A stretch of 64,000 bases of DNA from Octopus vulgaris (taxonomy: Eukaryota), in contig OX597833.1 of the NCBI GenBank assembly GCA_951406725.2, forward strand, positions 64,790,001 to 64,854,000, in the 5' to 3' direction. Both the position numbers and the translations under genes were made by a program. Every line of letters begins with the position of its first letter. Position 1 is the stretch's first letter. The notes under the pieces are model-generated. The model had not been told where the DNA came from and did no database searches. It saw nothing but the letters and a program-made list of their open reading frames with translations. Shown here in pieces: positions 27,347-42,370 of the stretch.

Positions 27347-27818
27347 AAGAAGAAGAAGAAGAAGAAGAACTGGAAATCACATTGGAAGTACTTCAGACAA
27401 AGATGATGAGATATGCTTCTGAGGCGGTAACACACCCACGAACATATACAAAGATGTTAATACAATCACATGCACACGCTTTTATATACACATACACGTG
27501 TTTCGATTCTCTCTCAACTTCTCTCTCGCTCGCTTTTTCTCCCTCTCTCAATTTCCCATCCCACACATGTAATATCTTCCCTTTACTTTTATCTATTTCT
27601 ACCTCTATCATTCAATGTTGCATACACACAGATAAACTAGCTTTCTCATATACATATGTGTGTGTATGTGTGTGTGTATGTGTGTGTGTATGTGTGTGTG
27701 TATGTTTGTATTTATTCTTATACATACATATATATGGATATATATATGTTAATATATATGTATATAAGTATGTAAATTATATCATATAATTACGTACAGA
27801 TATATTCATATAAGTATG

Positions 27819-27896
<78 letters not shown>

Positions 27897-28005
27897 TATG
27901 TATGTATGTGTGTGTATGTATGTATGTATGTATATATACATACAGCTTTATAATGAGGACACATACAGATACGAAAATAGGATAGATAGATAGATAGATA
28001 GATAT

Positions 28006-28133
<128 letters not shown>

Positions 28134-28445
28134 CCAGACAAATTGATTGACTGATAAATAAATTCTTATACGTCATATGCAGACATAAATATTCAAGGGA
28201 GACTAATTCCACTCACCAAAAACAAACATTGGAAATAACATACACATGCAAAACGTCGGAGACGAATACACAAATATATCACATATATAGAAAAGCATAA
28301 TAAAAAAAATATATTCACAGATAGATAGATTAGGAAACAGGCAGTGAAGAGTTATATACATAAAAACTCGTGCACAAAAATACACAACGATATCTATATG
28401 CATAAACGCATATATGCATGTATCCACAATTTTCCGGAAGAAAGC

Positions 28446-28498
<53 letters not shown>

Positions 28499-28516
28499 TG
28501 ATAGATAGATAGATAT

Positions 28517-28563
<47 letters not shown>

Positions 28564-28671
28564 CATACGTACACATATACAGATATATATATACATATAT
28601 ACATATGTATGTATATATATGTACACCTATATATATATATATATATATACATAGATATAGATATATATGTG

Positions 28672-28719
<48 letters not shown>

Positions 28720-28751
28720 GATACATATATATATGTATATATATATATGCA

Positions 28752-28798
<47 letters not shown>

Positions 28799-29460
28799 TC
28801 ATACTACAGACACAAAAATAAATGCACAACAAAGATACACATATACATAGGGTTATGCTGCAAACGTCAATATGAAAGCTACGTACACACGGGTACACAC
28901 ATATATATATATATATACACTCACACAGGAAGTACGGAATAGTACGTACATAGAGAAATGTATAAAGAAATAAAGGGGAAATAATCAGAAATTGTGTATA
29001 GAAATATTAAAAAAAAGAAAAAAAGCAGGCAAACTCAAATATAATCTGATTTGAAGAATTCTCCACCGACGTACGCAATATACACACATATGGAGACTTG
29101 CACACACATACAGACACATTTATATGCATACCTGCGTACATATACACAAAAGTATACACACATACATAACTACATACATACATACGGACGCACATACATA
29201 AATACACACACACATACATACATACGCATTACAGAATGATGTAAGCCTTTGGCAGTCAGTGTTCTTGTAATAACAGAAATGGTATTGAAGAGGCTCTACA
29301 GGTTGGAATTACTTTTCAAAGATATTCTTCTGTCTGTGTCTCCAAGAAATTATTTTTAATGTTTTTTCTTCAGAATTCAATGTGTTTGAAGTGTGTTTGG
29401 CAACTCAGAAAAAAAATATTTAAATGATAAAAGCAAGGAAAATATATATACACAACAGTG

Positions 29461-29474
29461 CATTATTATTATTA

Positions 29475-29547
<73 letters not shown>

Positions 29548-29559
29548 TATTATTATTAC

Positions 29560-29619
<60 letters not shown>

Positions 29620-29633
29620 CATTATTATTATTG

Positions 29634-29664
<31 letters not shown>

Positions 29665-29668
29665 CTTT

Positions 29669-29700
<32 letters not shown>

Positions 29701-29949
29701 TTTGTTGTTGTTGCTGTTGTTTTTTAGTGGTGGTCGTGGTCGTCGTGGTGCCGGTGTTCTTCTCATTGTTGCTTTTATTAATGTTATTTTTATCATTATT
29801 GTTATTACTATTACTGTTGCTATTATTGTTTTTTATTGTTGTTTTCTATTATCATAATTAATTATATTATTATAACCAACACCACCACCATCATCATTAT
29901 CGTCATCATTGTCGTCACCATTGTCACTAAGATCATTATTGTTACTCTT

Positions 29950-29982
<33 letters not shown>

Positions 29983-30069
29983 GTTTTTATTATTAGCATT
30001 ATTATTCTTATGATTGTTGTTGTTGTGGAGGAGGTGGTGGTTATTGGTATTATCATTATTGTTGTTATA

Positions 30070-30130
<61 letters not shown>

Positions 30131-30190
30131 GCATTACTATCATTACTATCATGGCAACCATCAGCATCATCATTATAATAGTTATTATTT
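29461..30190. repeat. (ATT)n-dominated microsatellite field
   Basis: Read directly. Confidence 0.95.
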
Positions 30191-30365
30191 TCCACCCACA
30201 TATACACGCGCCCAATGACATATAAACATACATAATATATATCTATATACACACACACAAACACACACTCACACACATACACACATATATATATATTAAT
30301 GTATGTATGTATATATACATATATATGTGTGTGTGTGCGTGTGTGTGTGTGTGTGTTCATATATA

Positions 30366-30401
<36 letters not shown>

Positions 30402-30415
30402 TGTATGTATGTATG

Positions 30416-30473
<58 letters not shown>

Positions 30474-31109
30474 CAATTACTTTATATTTTTATATAATTT
30501 CTTTTCATAGCAATTCTACGTTTCGGGCGTTTGTTCTTTTACTTTTTTTTCATATATTCCGTTTTTATCCGAATTAAAAAGAAAAACGAAAAAAAAAACC
30601 AAGAGAAAATAAAAAAAAAAAAGAAACACATAACCCTGTGATTTATAATCCGCCATTTTAATGGTATCCTTCTTTATACTCCACCTTTGTGACACACATA
30701 TAAAGAAATAAACCAAATAAAAGAACACACAATCTGAATATGTGTATGGTGCAAAATAGGAAATCATATTGGGTTATAAAATGCCATTTCCATAATTGAT
30801 AGAGAAGAACTAAAGTGAGAACACGAGGAGCGAAAATCAAAGGTGCTGCAAATGTAGTGGTTTAAAAAAAATATAGAGAAAAACTTAATCTGAAACGCTA
30901 CAACTGGTACTGGGTAAACGTGGCTGTTTTTTATAGCGAATAATAACTTTTCAATTTAACATTTTAAAGTACTCACATCAATCGTTAAGTGGTTCGAAAA
31001 ATCTGACTGATGTTAACTGTGAAATGTGAAATAAATTTTTACGCGTTCGAATCCAATTGCCGGTGTTTGTATACACTCTCAAGAGTATATATATATATAT
31101 GCATTTGTT

Positions 31110-31343
31110 AAAAGCGGCGAGCTGGCAGAAACGTTAGCGTGCCGGGCGCAATGCTTAGCGGTATTTCGTCTGTCGTTACGTTTTGAGTTCAAATTCCGCC
31201 GAGGTCGACTTTGCCTTTCATCCTTTTGAGGTCGATAAATAAAGAACCAGTTTCTCACTGTGGTCGATGTAATCGACATCATCCCTTTGTCTGTCCTTGT
31301 TTGTCCTCTCTGTGTTTAGCCCCTTGTGGGCAGTAAAGAAATA
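31110..31343 (+). mobile_element. SINE family A
   Basis: Full head, core and tail as at 5636-5866. Confidence 0.9.
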
Positions 31344-32075
31344 CATACATACATATTTGATATTTCTTGAATGCAGTAAGTGAAACTTTTAGCACAGGTG
31401 TTGCTGTGCGTTAAATGTTTGCATGTGCGTGTGTGTGTGTGCATATGTCGCCAGGGTGTTTAAAGCCCCAGGATTCTTTCTGGTACCTGTGGGATGAGAC
31501 ATGCAGTAGGCAGTATCCTGTTATGCTAATATTCGGAACAGCTTCTGAATGGGTTATAGTCTCCACAAGAATTTTTCTCTCCAACCTGCCTGATAGTCAC
31601 CCGGTTCGTTTCCGGTATTCCAACCATTGTTGATATCAACCATTGTTGTTTACGGTATTTTAAAGACGGTTAACATTAACTAGTTCTTGATGCCTCTACA
31701 TTCTTGAACAAAGTCAACCAATAAACTGCTTTAAGATCGTGGAATTTGGAGTCATATTATCAGCAGTATATTAGCAGCAAACCCCAAGTTGTTTAGCCGA
31801 ACCCAGGTCTTTCACCACAATAACTGCTTCAGATAATCGAACTCATAATTGCGTAAAAACATGTCAGCTAATAAAGGATTAAGATTACCATGTATGTGAA
31901 GGCACGTAGCTTAGATGCTAGAAGTATTTGGTTTACGATAGTAAAGCTGTGGGTTCGATTCGCAGCGGCGCGTTGTTTCTTTGAGCAAAAAACTCTTTAT
32001 CAAGTTGCTCCAATCTGCTCCAAAAACTCTTTATCAAGTTGCTCCAATCTGCTCAGCTAGGAACAATTAGTTATA

Positions 32076-32280
32076 GCTGGCAGAATCGTAAGCACGCCGG
32101 GCAAAATTCTTAGTGATATTTCGTCCATCTTAATGTTCTGAGTTCAAATTCAGCCGAGGTCGACTTCGCCTTTCATCCTTTCGGGATCGATAAATTAAGT
32201 GCCAATTACGCACTAGGGCGATGTAATCAACTAATCCACACCACAAAATTTCAGGCCCTGTGCCTATAATTGAAAGGAGT
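32076..32280 (+). mobile_element. SINE family A (alternative tail)
   Basis: Head and core, then the aaaatttcaggccctgtgcc tail. Confidence 0.8.
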
Positions 32281-32289
32281 ATTTCAATA

Positions 32290-32680
32290 GCCCAGCTTTG
32301 TGACGTCCTGTGTCAAGCTGAATCTGTGTTGTGACGGGAGTACGACACCCTCTTACAAAAATAGATGGGACCACCACATATAAATAGTAGCGGCCTGACG
32401 TAGCCGGCAGTTCGTAGTTTGGTCTTCGAAGTTCAGTTACAGTTTAAAGTTCGATTTAGTGTGTTGGAAATATTGATTTTTGGTTCGTAAATATTTTTGA
32501 TCCAGTACTGGTTTGTTACTGCCATCGTTTCTGTAATATCGACAATATCACCGTACAGCGATATAGGCGGCGCAAGGATATAACAACCTGGTTGAGAACT
32601 ACATTAATGGTGCCCGTGTCCGTGGAGTGTTCTGCCACTTGCAGATTAATTTCACGAGCAGGCTTTTCCGTTGGTTAGAT
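32290..32680 (+). mobile_element. SINE family C fragment split by an LTR insertion
   Basis: The flanks rejoin into the reverse complement of ~61981-62100. Confidence 0.75.
32327..32585 (+). mobile_element. Solo LTR (259 bp)
   Basis: TGTT...AACA termini, internal TATAAATA, a 5-bp TSD ATCTG/ACCTG (one mismatch), and clean interruption of a SINE. Confidence 0.7.
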
Positions 32681-32759
32681 AAACTGAAACACGCATCGTC
32701 AAAACCGACGGAATACCGGTTATTGCAGCCTATGAGAATTCTTTTAATCTTCTGGCAGA

Positions 32760-32990
32760 AAAGGCAGCGAGCTGGCAGAAACGTTAGCACGCCGGGCGAA
32801 ATGCCTAGCGATATTTCGCCTGCCGCTACGTTCTGAGTTCAAACTCCGCCGAGGTCGACTTGACTTTCATCCTTTCGGGATCGATTAAATAAATACCAGT
32901 TAAATACTGGAGTCGATGTAATCGACTTCAACCCCCTGTCTGTCCTTGTTTGTCCCGTCTATTAGCCCCCTGTGGGCAATACAGAAAGGT
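32760..32990 (+). mobile_element. SINE family A
   Basis: Full head, core and tail. Confidence 0.88.
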
Positions 32991-34090
32991 AAACATTTTC
33001 TTAAAATCGATGTGTGCAAAATTGGTAGTGAGACACAAACAAAAATATTCTCGCTCAGACAAAAACACAAACATAAGCACCTAAATTCCATGGGCTGCTT
33101 TTAGTTTCCCCTGTATTAATTCCACTCCTTTGGCATTGGTTGGCGCTTAGCTATAACAGAAAACACCAAGTATCCACGTAATAAAATTGAAAACGAAGCC
33201 ATGTAGTTCTCAAAGCAAACGCTTTACTACTCAGCTTTGCCCAACCGTGTGTTATGTTGTATAACATGATATAATATTGATTAAAAGTCATCTTATTCCG
33301 TAAATAAACTCCTTTCCCCTCTTCACGAAACGAAAGTTATGATATTATATTAAACTAGTTTTACCAAGATCAACTGTTAGTAGTTAGTTTCCTTGGCAAT
33401 AAATAACAACATGGTATTTTAACTCAAACTATTGCCAAACTTTAATAGATCTGGGAGTTTGGGGTTGATTAATATCTAATTGCGTTCAAAGAGACTAACC
33501 AACGGTGCTTTGCACAGTCGGTGCAAAGGTCGCCATTACTGGTTGTATTCAAGACATCTATAATACCACAAACACCAATAGGTAATTTGAACTGCTCCAT
33601 TAGTGGATGTAATTATGATATATTGTACATGCTTCAGGCAACTATATTTCAGCACATAATTAGCGATAAATATTTAGCATTTCTCGAATGTTCTGGAGCC
33701 TTCTTCTCATTATTCTGCCGTCAACTGTGTCTATGATAAAACATGCAGACTACTTCCATTACGAAACTTTGAAAGAGATGTTAAATATAGAATTAATTCA
33801 TCGTAAATGATCCTCATCAAAATATTTGCTTCTGATCTATTACCTGTTTTACTTGCAATATAGTCTCGATACGAACACAGTTGCTGTGGTTAGGTGGTTA
33901 GGAGGTCCATCATGCAAACGTGTGGTCTCTGGTTCGAGCCCACATATGTGCGACAAAATATACTGTGGGATTCAAAGTTGATTGCTGTAACGAATATAGA
34001 TGCTTGCAAGTCGAATCTTCAAAGTCATTGTCATCTTATTATAGTAAGGGTATAATTTTATACATACTTACATACATATATACACACACA

Positions 34091-34165
<75 letters not shown>

Positions 34166-34364
34166 ATATTGGTTCCAAAATTTGGCAAGAAGCCAGGAAT
34201 TTCGGTGGCGGTGGTTAGTCTATTAGATCGACCCCCAAAAGGATGAAAGGCCAAGTCGACCTCGGCTCAAAACTACCTTTGTCATGTTGGTAATAATGTA
34301 CGTAGAATGTGTAATGCTAAAAGATATGTGTTCTAAAATTTTGCCATGTCTTACCATTAATTAT

Positions 34365-34598
34365 TATTTCTTTCCTGCCCAGAAGGGGCTACACAGAGGG
34401 GGCAAACAAGGACAGACAAACGGATTAAGTCAATTAGATCGACCCCTGTTCGTAACTAGTATTTATTTAATCGACCCTGATAGGATGAAAGGCAAAGTCG
34501 ATTAACCAACGGAATTTGAACTCAGAACGTAAAGACAGACGAAATAACGCTATGCATTTCGCCCAGCGTGCTAACGTTTCTGACCCCACTCGCCGCTT
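34365..34598 (-). mobile_element. SINE family A
   Basis: Reverse complement of the family A consensus. Confidence 0.85.
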
Positions 34599-34615
34599 CA
34601 GTGATATATATTAAG

Positions 34616-34656
<41 letters not shown>

Positions 34657-35805
34657 GCTTTATTTAAAATGGAATCATGGTCACAAAACGTTAATTTTGT
34701 CGGAATTCTAACGTAAAATTTCTAAATTTTCTAACTAAAATTGGTCGTATAAATTTCCAGTTGCGTTTCTGATACGGTGAGGTAAATTTTGAAATCCACC
34801 ATAATTGGTGACAGTCTGAGCGGTGTAAAATTTGATGGATCGATGAGTTTTTGGAAGTGTTAGATAAACTGCTCTACCGTGAGCAGTGATGAATATTTCA
34901 AGATCTTACACTTCGGCTGGGTTGAGAAATAGCGGGAGTAAAAGAGAAAGAGACAGAGAAAAAGATAGTGTAAGTTGTTGCCGTTTAGATGATGGACAAA
35001 TAAATGAAAAAAAAAAACGAAATTGAGGAAAAGGTGCTTGCGATGGATATTAATAGCTGGAGTCGTCAAGGAAGGTCGAAAGTGAGACATAGACAGGGAA
35101 GGAGACGGATAGACAGAGGGAGAAACAGACGGAGAGACAGACAAACAGAAGTGATGTGAGTGAGTGTCATAAAAAGTATTATGAGACGTCGGAGAATAGT
35201 TGCCATAGCAGCTAAGAATGGAGGAGGTGTGATAGAATATGCAATCGACTCATGCTGAGCAAAGGAGAGAAACATGGATTCGAAATAAAAATAACAGAAG
35301 GCAAAAAGCGAAGTATGGAACTTGACACTAGGAATTCAACAGATTTGGGAGTCAGGAAGTTACCTATTAATCACCACCACTAGGCCCGTGTTTGTTTACA
35401 TTGGGGGTTAATAACAACCTGGCAGGTGTACCAGTTATGGGTGACAGAGCAGAAGAGGTGCTTGTTGCTAAAGAATACCGAACTCGGATGGAGGGTATCT
35501 TCTGACGGATCCTCATTACAAATCGATCTGGTTCTGGATATTACTTGATGGCGTATGAATCTGGTTCTCTTCATACGCGTCAAATAGACCCTATGTCTTA
35601 AGAATAAACTCCAGCGAGCTTGCGGAAACTGAACCTAGGCCAGCAGAGAATCTACAACACCGAATCTACACTGCGTTTTTTCTAAAGAAGAAAAATCACA
35701 AATTCTCAGACTTTTACATAGAGGTCTATAGTTGCCAACACCTGCAGGTATTAAACATGAAGAAGAGAAAGAGAGAGAGACAGACTGACAGACTGACAGA
35801 TATAC

Positions 35806-35856
<51 letters not shown>

Positions 35857-36369
35857 TAGAGAAGGAAAAAGGAAGTCGATTTATCAACTTACCTACATAG
35901 CGAAGCTGCTTCCGAATAAATGTGCGTCATAGATCATTATTAATTTAAACTGGCCCAAAATATTCATTGAGCGGCAGTAATCAGACACACGTATATGCTA
36001 GCAATCGCACGCACACACACGCGTAGACGCAGAAGCGCAGAGACATTCTTATAGGCACACATTCAAACTAAAGTACATCAGAAATATATGCACCTTTGCA
36101 TATATGCAAATGTACTGCTCTCATTTTCTTCCCTTCGCTCGCTTCGTTTCTCTATTTCTAAACTAACACACACTCTCTCTCTTTCTCTCTCGCACTCTCT
36201 TTCTCTCTCACGCACACTCTCTGCATCACTCTTTCTCTCTCTCGTTTCTCTTTTCCTTTCGTTCGCTAATCATCCATAAATAAAGAGAAATCGCAATTTA
36301 ATGGTGTTTTAAGACATTGAGTCAGCAGTATATATTCGATGGGCGAATACATAACACTAGTTTGCTATG

Positions 36370-36433
<64 letters not shown>

Positions 36434-36444
36434 GTATGTATACA

Positions 36445-36542
<98 letters not shown>

Positions 36543-36621
36543 CATATATATATACATATATATTTGCACACATACACTTACATGAAAATGTTTGTATGCA
36601 TTTGTACACACATATGTTCTT

Positions 36622-36669
<48 letters not shown>

Positions 36670-36790
36670 CGTGTTAACAGATATACTTATGCATATATAT
36701 GAATATATATATGTATACACACACACACATACACATATATATATATACTTAACTATATATATATACATATATATACCTAACTATATATAT

Positions 36791-36828
<38 letters not shown>

Positions 36829-37324
36829 TACACACACACACACACATACACATACACACACACACACATATATATATTTAATGCCTATGTGCGCGTATAT
36901 AATGAGCCTCTTGGAAATTTTCCTGTTTATCTGTGCCATTTCGTAGACCAAAATTTAATCTCAACGTCGTGTCAAAAGTTGTAAATTAAAGGAACCGAAA
37001 TACCTTCTCCACAGCACAAGTGCCTCTCCGACCGTCAGATTCGTCTCAACACAAATATACACACACACATATAAGTACACGCAACTTGAAGTAATATGGA
37101 AATGAGCGTACGTGAATAATTAAATGTACATTTGCGCATGTGTGAATGAGTAGCTGTTGCCATGGCTACGTGGTTAAGAACATCGCTCCGCAGCCACGTG
37201 ATTCTCGGTTCATTCGCGCAGGGCATCGCATTGGATCAGTAACTTCTGCTGCATGGCAACGAGCCAGCCAATGTATTTGTGAGTGAATACGATAAGTGAA
37301 AACTATGAAAATCGTTGTACACAA

Positions 37325-37355
<31 letters not shown>

Positions 37356-37362
37356 GAGAGAG

Positions 37363-37614
37363 AGAATGGTTGTATACTGTCATTTTAACGTGACAGTAGG
37401 GGATTACATCACCGCTGTTTAGCCCTAGGAAGCGTCGACGCTTCCTGTCGGCTTCGACACATTTCCTGTGTCCTTATATATTTCCTGTGTCCTTAATATA
37501 TTAAGACACAGGAAGTGTGTCGAAGCCGACAGGAAGCGTCGATGCTTCCTAGGGCTAAACAGCGGTGATGTAATCCCCTACTGTCGCGTTAAAATGACAG
37601 TATACAACCATTCT
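37363..37614. repeat. Long inverted repeat with ~109-bp arms (3 mismatches) and nested palindromes
   Basis: agaatggttgtatactgtc...ttcctgtgtc / gacacaggaa...gacagtatacaaccattct; internal 20-bp palindrome aggaagcgtcgacgcttcct. Confidence 0.95.
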
Positions 37615-37665
37615 ATCGCCCCACCACCGTACATATCTCTATGAGATATTTAGAAATTTAATATT

Positions 37666-37791
<126 letters not shown>

Positions 37792-37797
37792 GTATAT

Positions 37798-37832
<35 letters not shown>

Positions 37833-38010
37833 CTTATATAATGTTTTATGGTGTTCCCGCCATTTGACCACAGCCATGCTGGGCACCACCTTGACGTGTT
37901 GTAGTGGAACATATCATCCCTAGGACTTATATATTTAAAACCAAGTACTTATTATATCGGTGCCTTTTGCCGAACTGCTAGGTTGCGGTTACATAAGCAC
38001 ACATACACAC

Positions 38011-38043
<33 letters not shown>

Positions 38044-38476
38044 CGTGTGTGTGTATGCATGTATGTATATATGTATGTATTATGTCTCTTCTATTTTTTA
38101 ATTATCATAAGTCTTCCAGCTAGGGAGGGAGCCGTTTCCAACAAATATATAATGATTCATATCAATTATTCTTTCTGGCGATAGCCTTGCTCGTGTGTGT
38201 GTGTGTGTGTGTGTGACCAAATATATACATTTTTATTATTATTTTGTAATTTACTTAATCATCGGTGTATTATTATTTTAATTTTAATATTTCTATTATA
38301 TGTAATTTTCTAGATGTAATTTAATTGTTCATTTTCAATTGATAAAAGGTGATTTTTCTAATTTATATATTATATATATAAATTATATATTATATGTTTT
38401 GAAATTTGATTTAGTATTTCTAAATTGAATTTTTCCCTGTATGTTTGGAATAATATTCCCTCAAATAATAATTATA

Positions 38477-38566
<90 letters not shown>

Positions 38567-38700
38567 ATAAATGGATAGATAGATAGATAGATAGATAGAT
38601 AAATAGATAGAATTAGATACATGGCGATATACATATGTGTATATATGTAAAGATAGGTAGATAGATAGAGAGACAGAGAGAAAGAAAGATAGTTAGATAA

Positions 38701-38816
<116 letters not shown>

Positions 38817-39441
38817 ATAAATAGATAGATTACCAAATGCTGACATGTGTTTCTGGTTAGTTACAAGTAACAAATGCTGGACAGATAATGGAAATAGACC
38901 TATGGAACATCAAACGCGCTATAAATCTACCTTAAATTTCATATATAATTATACACATTTTACTTTGTTCAAAGGGAAACACTTTCATGTTTTACCCCCC
39001 ATAGTATAACGTACCATCTGTAGCACACAGACTTTTAATTTCCTTCTTCTCGCAGTTCTTCTAAGGGCCTAAGGTCCGATTTAATATTCTTGCTCATTAC
39101 ACATTATTGACTGATCTCAGTAGTCTATGGAAAGCCGTAATATCTTTATTGAAGGCAGTTATTTAACATTTGGTGAGAGAAAATCTAATCAAATATCGAA
39201 ATAACCAATACTTGTTAGATGGCGGCTATTTTAGTGCAAAATATGATCAATTACTAAACGTATTTACTCTGTCTGACTTATCTTAAACACACCAGATCGT
39301 TATATATGTGGTCATTATATTAGCATAGGTAAGTATATGTTTACGCATGTATTATATGTATATATATATATGTATGTGTTTGAGTACGTACGTATGTGTG
39401 TGTGTATGAATATATAAGCAATCATATGAATATATATATGA

Positions 39442-39473
<32 letters not shown>

Positions 39474-39709
39474 TATAAATATATATACATATGTAAATAT
39501 GCTATATATATACATACATATATAAATATATTATATATGTTATATGCAGACGTATAAATACTTATACACACGAACAAATAGATGCACACATGTGTTCATA
39601 TAGATGTATACACACATATATATATATAGAGAGAGACACAAACATATATACATATATATAAACACATACATTTACCTATATCAGTACATATGGTCATGTA
39701 TTGAATACA

Positions 39710-39762
<53 letters not shown>

Positions 39763-39832
39763 GCACGCACATAAATGTAGTTATGTCTTCATTGATATCT
39801 CTATCTGTCTATTTATCTATGTAGTTATCTAT

Positions 39833-39880
<48 letters not shown>

Positions 39881-40866
39881 CTGTCTGTCTGTATGTATGT
39901 ATGTATGTATGTATGTATGTATGTATGCATGTATGCATGTATGTATGTATGTATGTATGTATGTATGTATGTATTTATAATATACTAACACTACGCACAC
40001 GCACGCACAAAATCATTTCAAGTGTTTATAACTTTCGCAGTCATCTTTACAAGTTTGCTAGTCGGAAGGTTTGAAAGCGAATATGCTGATTTTTATTGCA
40101 TATTTAAATATGATATATTAGCTGTCGTAGAACCAGACATATAATACTTCAGTAGGTTTTTGCTAGCAATTTGTTACATACTATTAAAAGCATACCATGT
40201 GATTCGCCAAATTTTTCTCTCGCCATTCCACAATCAGTTTGTTTGTTGCATTTTTTGTTTCCTTTTTTTTTTTTTTCGAGTATTGACACTTTTTTTTTTT
40301 ATCCTTGTATGAGAAATTTGCAAAAAACTATTTGTTGAATATTAAATTTTGTATTTAAGCAGCATGTCACACACTGCGCATTATTTGTAAGAAAATGTAT
40401 TTGGCTCTCACGTTTGAAAATATCAATACTTATGACGAATGATGGAGCAGCAAGAAGCAAACCGCATAGTCTTCATAGCTCAACGAATAAGAAAATGTGT
40501 TGGCACCGATGCTTTGCTTTGCTGAATAAACTGCATGAATATGTTTTTCCTTTCACGAGGTCTGAAATCTTGGGGAAGAATTAAGTCGGTTACACCGATC
40601 GTGGTGCTCAGCAGCTATTTATATTATAGCTAACAAATGTTACATAATTGTAGAACACACAAATATTCAATTAGAGGTTGTTTTTGAAAAGTTAAAAGAA
40701 TACTGTATCATTGGAGTTCTAAACTCGAAGCTAAATGTGAATTGTCTACAGTATTCCTAAAGTCAACTTTCTCTGTACGAACTAGTCCGTAACACGTGTG
40801 TCTAAAAAGTTCAACAACGGAAGCTCTTACATACAAATGATACACAATACTATACACAAGTTGGAA

Positions 40867-41097
40867 AGGCGGCGAACTGGCAGAAACGTTAGCACGTCGG
40901 GCGAAATGCGTAGTCGTATTTCATCTGCCGTCACGTTCTAAGTTCAAAATCCTCTGAGTTCGACTTTACCTTTCATCCTTTTGGGGTCGATAAATTAAGT
41001 ACCAGTTACGTACTGGGGTTGATGTAATCGACTTAATCCGTTTGTCTGTCCTTGTTTGTCTCCTCTACGTTTAGCCCCTTGTGGGTAATAAAGAAAC
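40867..41097 (+). mobile_element. SINE family A
   Basis: Full head, core and tail. Confidence 0.9.
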
Positions 41098-41103
41098 ATA
41101 TCA

Positions 41104-41418
41104 ATCATTAACATTATTTACATTACGGGCATATGGCGTAGTGGTTAAGAGCACGCGCTACTGACCCCAAGAATCCGAGTTTGATTCCAGGCAGTGACCT
41201 GAATAATAATAATAATAACAATAATAATAACAACAACAACAACATCGAAAAAATACCTTAGGAATGAGAATCCAGGTTCGAAATTTCCTCAAGACACCTG
41301 ATGAAGGTTGGAGGGTATATCAGCCGAAACGTTCTGTTAACAACAAACAAGATGAGGACAAATATCCATCAAATGTAAATAATGTAAATAATTCTTCATC
41401 TCTTAAATATAGAACTGT
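41104..41418 (+). mobile_element. PLE 3' module: tRNA-like head + (AAT)n(AAC)n + minimal hammerhead + tail
   Basis: A/B boxes at 41134-41188; CTGATGA at 41298-41304, stem II ggttg/cagcc and GAAAC at 41326-41330; homologous to 52495-52722; 41106-41124 is an inverted copy of tail sequence near 41372-41390. Confidence 0.75.
41293..41338 (+). ncRNA. Minimal type I hammerhead ribozyme motif (PLE-type)
   Basis: gacac-CUGAUGA-a-gguugg[aggguaua]ucagcc-GAAA-CGUU-cuguu; stem III is a loopless palindromic ACGU; this copy has one mismatch at the first stem I pair. Confidence 0.65.
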
Positions 41419-42029
41419 ATTATCTATCATTAAATTACCTATTGTTTCCTTTGCCGTGTTTAAACGAGTGTCAGTTGGCTGCTATTTCTAACCCAGAAAT
41501 TATGGTTCCAATATCTCTCAAAGATACGAAAGAAATACAGAACGTCTTCATGGTTCCTTGAAGTGCTATAAATAGCAGTTAAATATCACGCTGGTTAAAT
41601 AATACGGTTCTAATAACATTGAAACGAAATATTGGAGAATGTAGTCCAAAGCACTCAATACCATAAAAAAACATTTCATAGGATGGTCAGAGATATAATG
41701 TTGCTGTAAAAAGATGTCTATTAATTTTTTCAGAGGTTAGCATGATTATTACTCTAGTTTCTTTGTTTTTTGGCGTTTTTACCATTTTCCTTTTTAAGTT
41801 CTACACATCATTATATTCATTTAGTCATGCTGTGTGGATAATTAACACACTATTGTCAAGTTAATCATTTTGTATTGCTGAGCTGATAATTAATAAGCTA
41901 TTGTAATTTTTGTCATGAAAAAAACGATATTAAGTTATGTTGTCTTGTGTTCGGTCTGAAGGTTTCAGATTCCATTGTGTTTCCGAGTTGTGTGTGTTGT
42001 TAAGAAATTGTTATGAGATGTGTAAACAG

Positions 42030-42291
42030 AGATCTTCTTGAAGAACTTGAAATTTGGGAGCAGGAAATAAGTACGGCATATTTACTCCGTTCTTGAGTGT
42101 GTCTAAAAATATATTTTGTCGGAGAAGGTCTGCTGAGACAGCGTAGTATATTTTGGAGCACTGTTCCGGATCCACAAGTAACAGTTGACATCTCTACGTT
42201 CGTATACGGGCATATCTATTAGCCCTGGCATGGTTGCTTATCTCGTCGAGTATCTTTGCAACACTTCCACTATACGAATTGGATTCCTGCA

Positions 42292-42370
<79 letters not shown>

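Noticed and set aside
31988-32054. ~34-bp direct duplication aaaaactctttatcaagttgctccaatctgctc
   Set aside because: Simple slippage duplication inside a decayed SINE.
35430-35600. Possible gypsy integrase C-terminal relic
   Set aside because: Similarity is too weak to call by eye.
37395-37440. Pistol-ribozyme-like tagccctaggaagcg
   Set aside because: The matching P1 hairpin and pseudoknot loop cannot be built.
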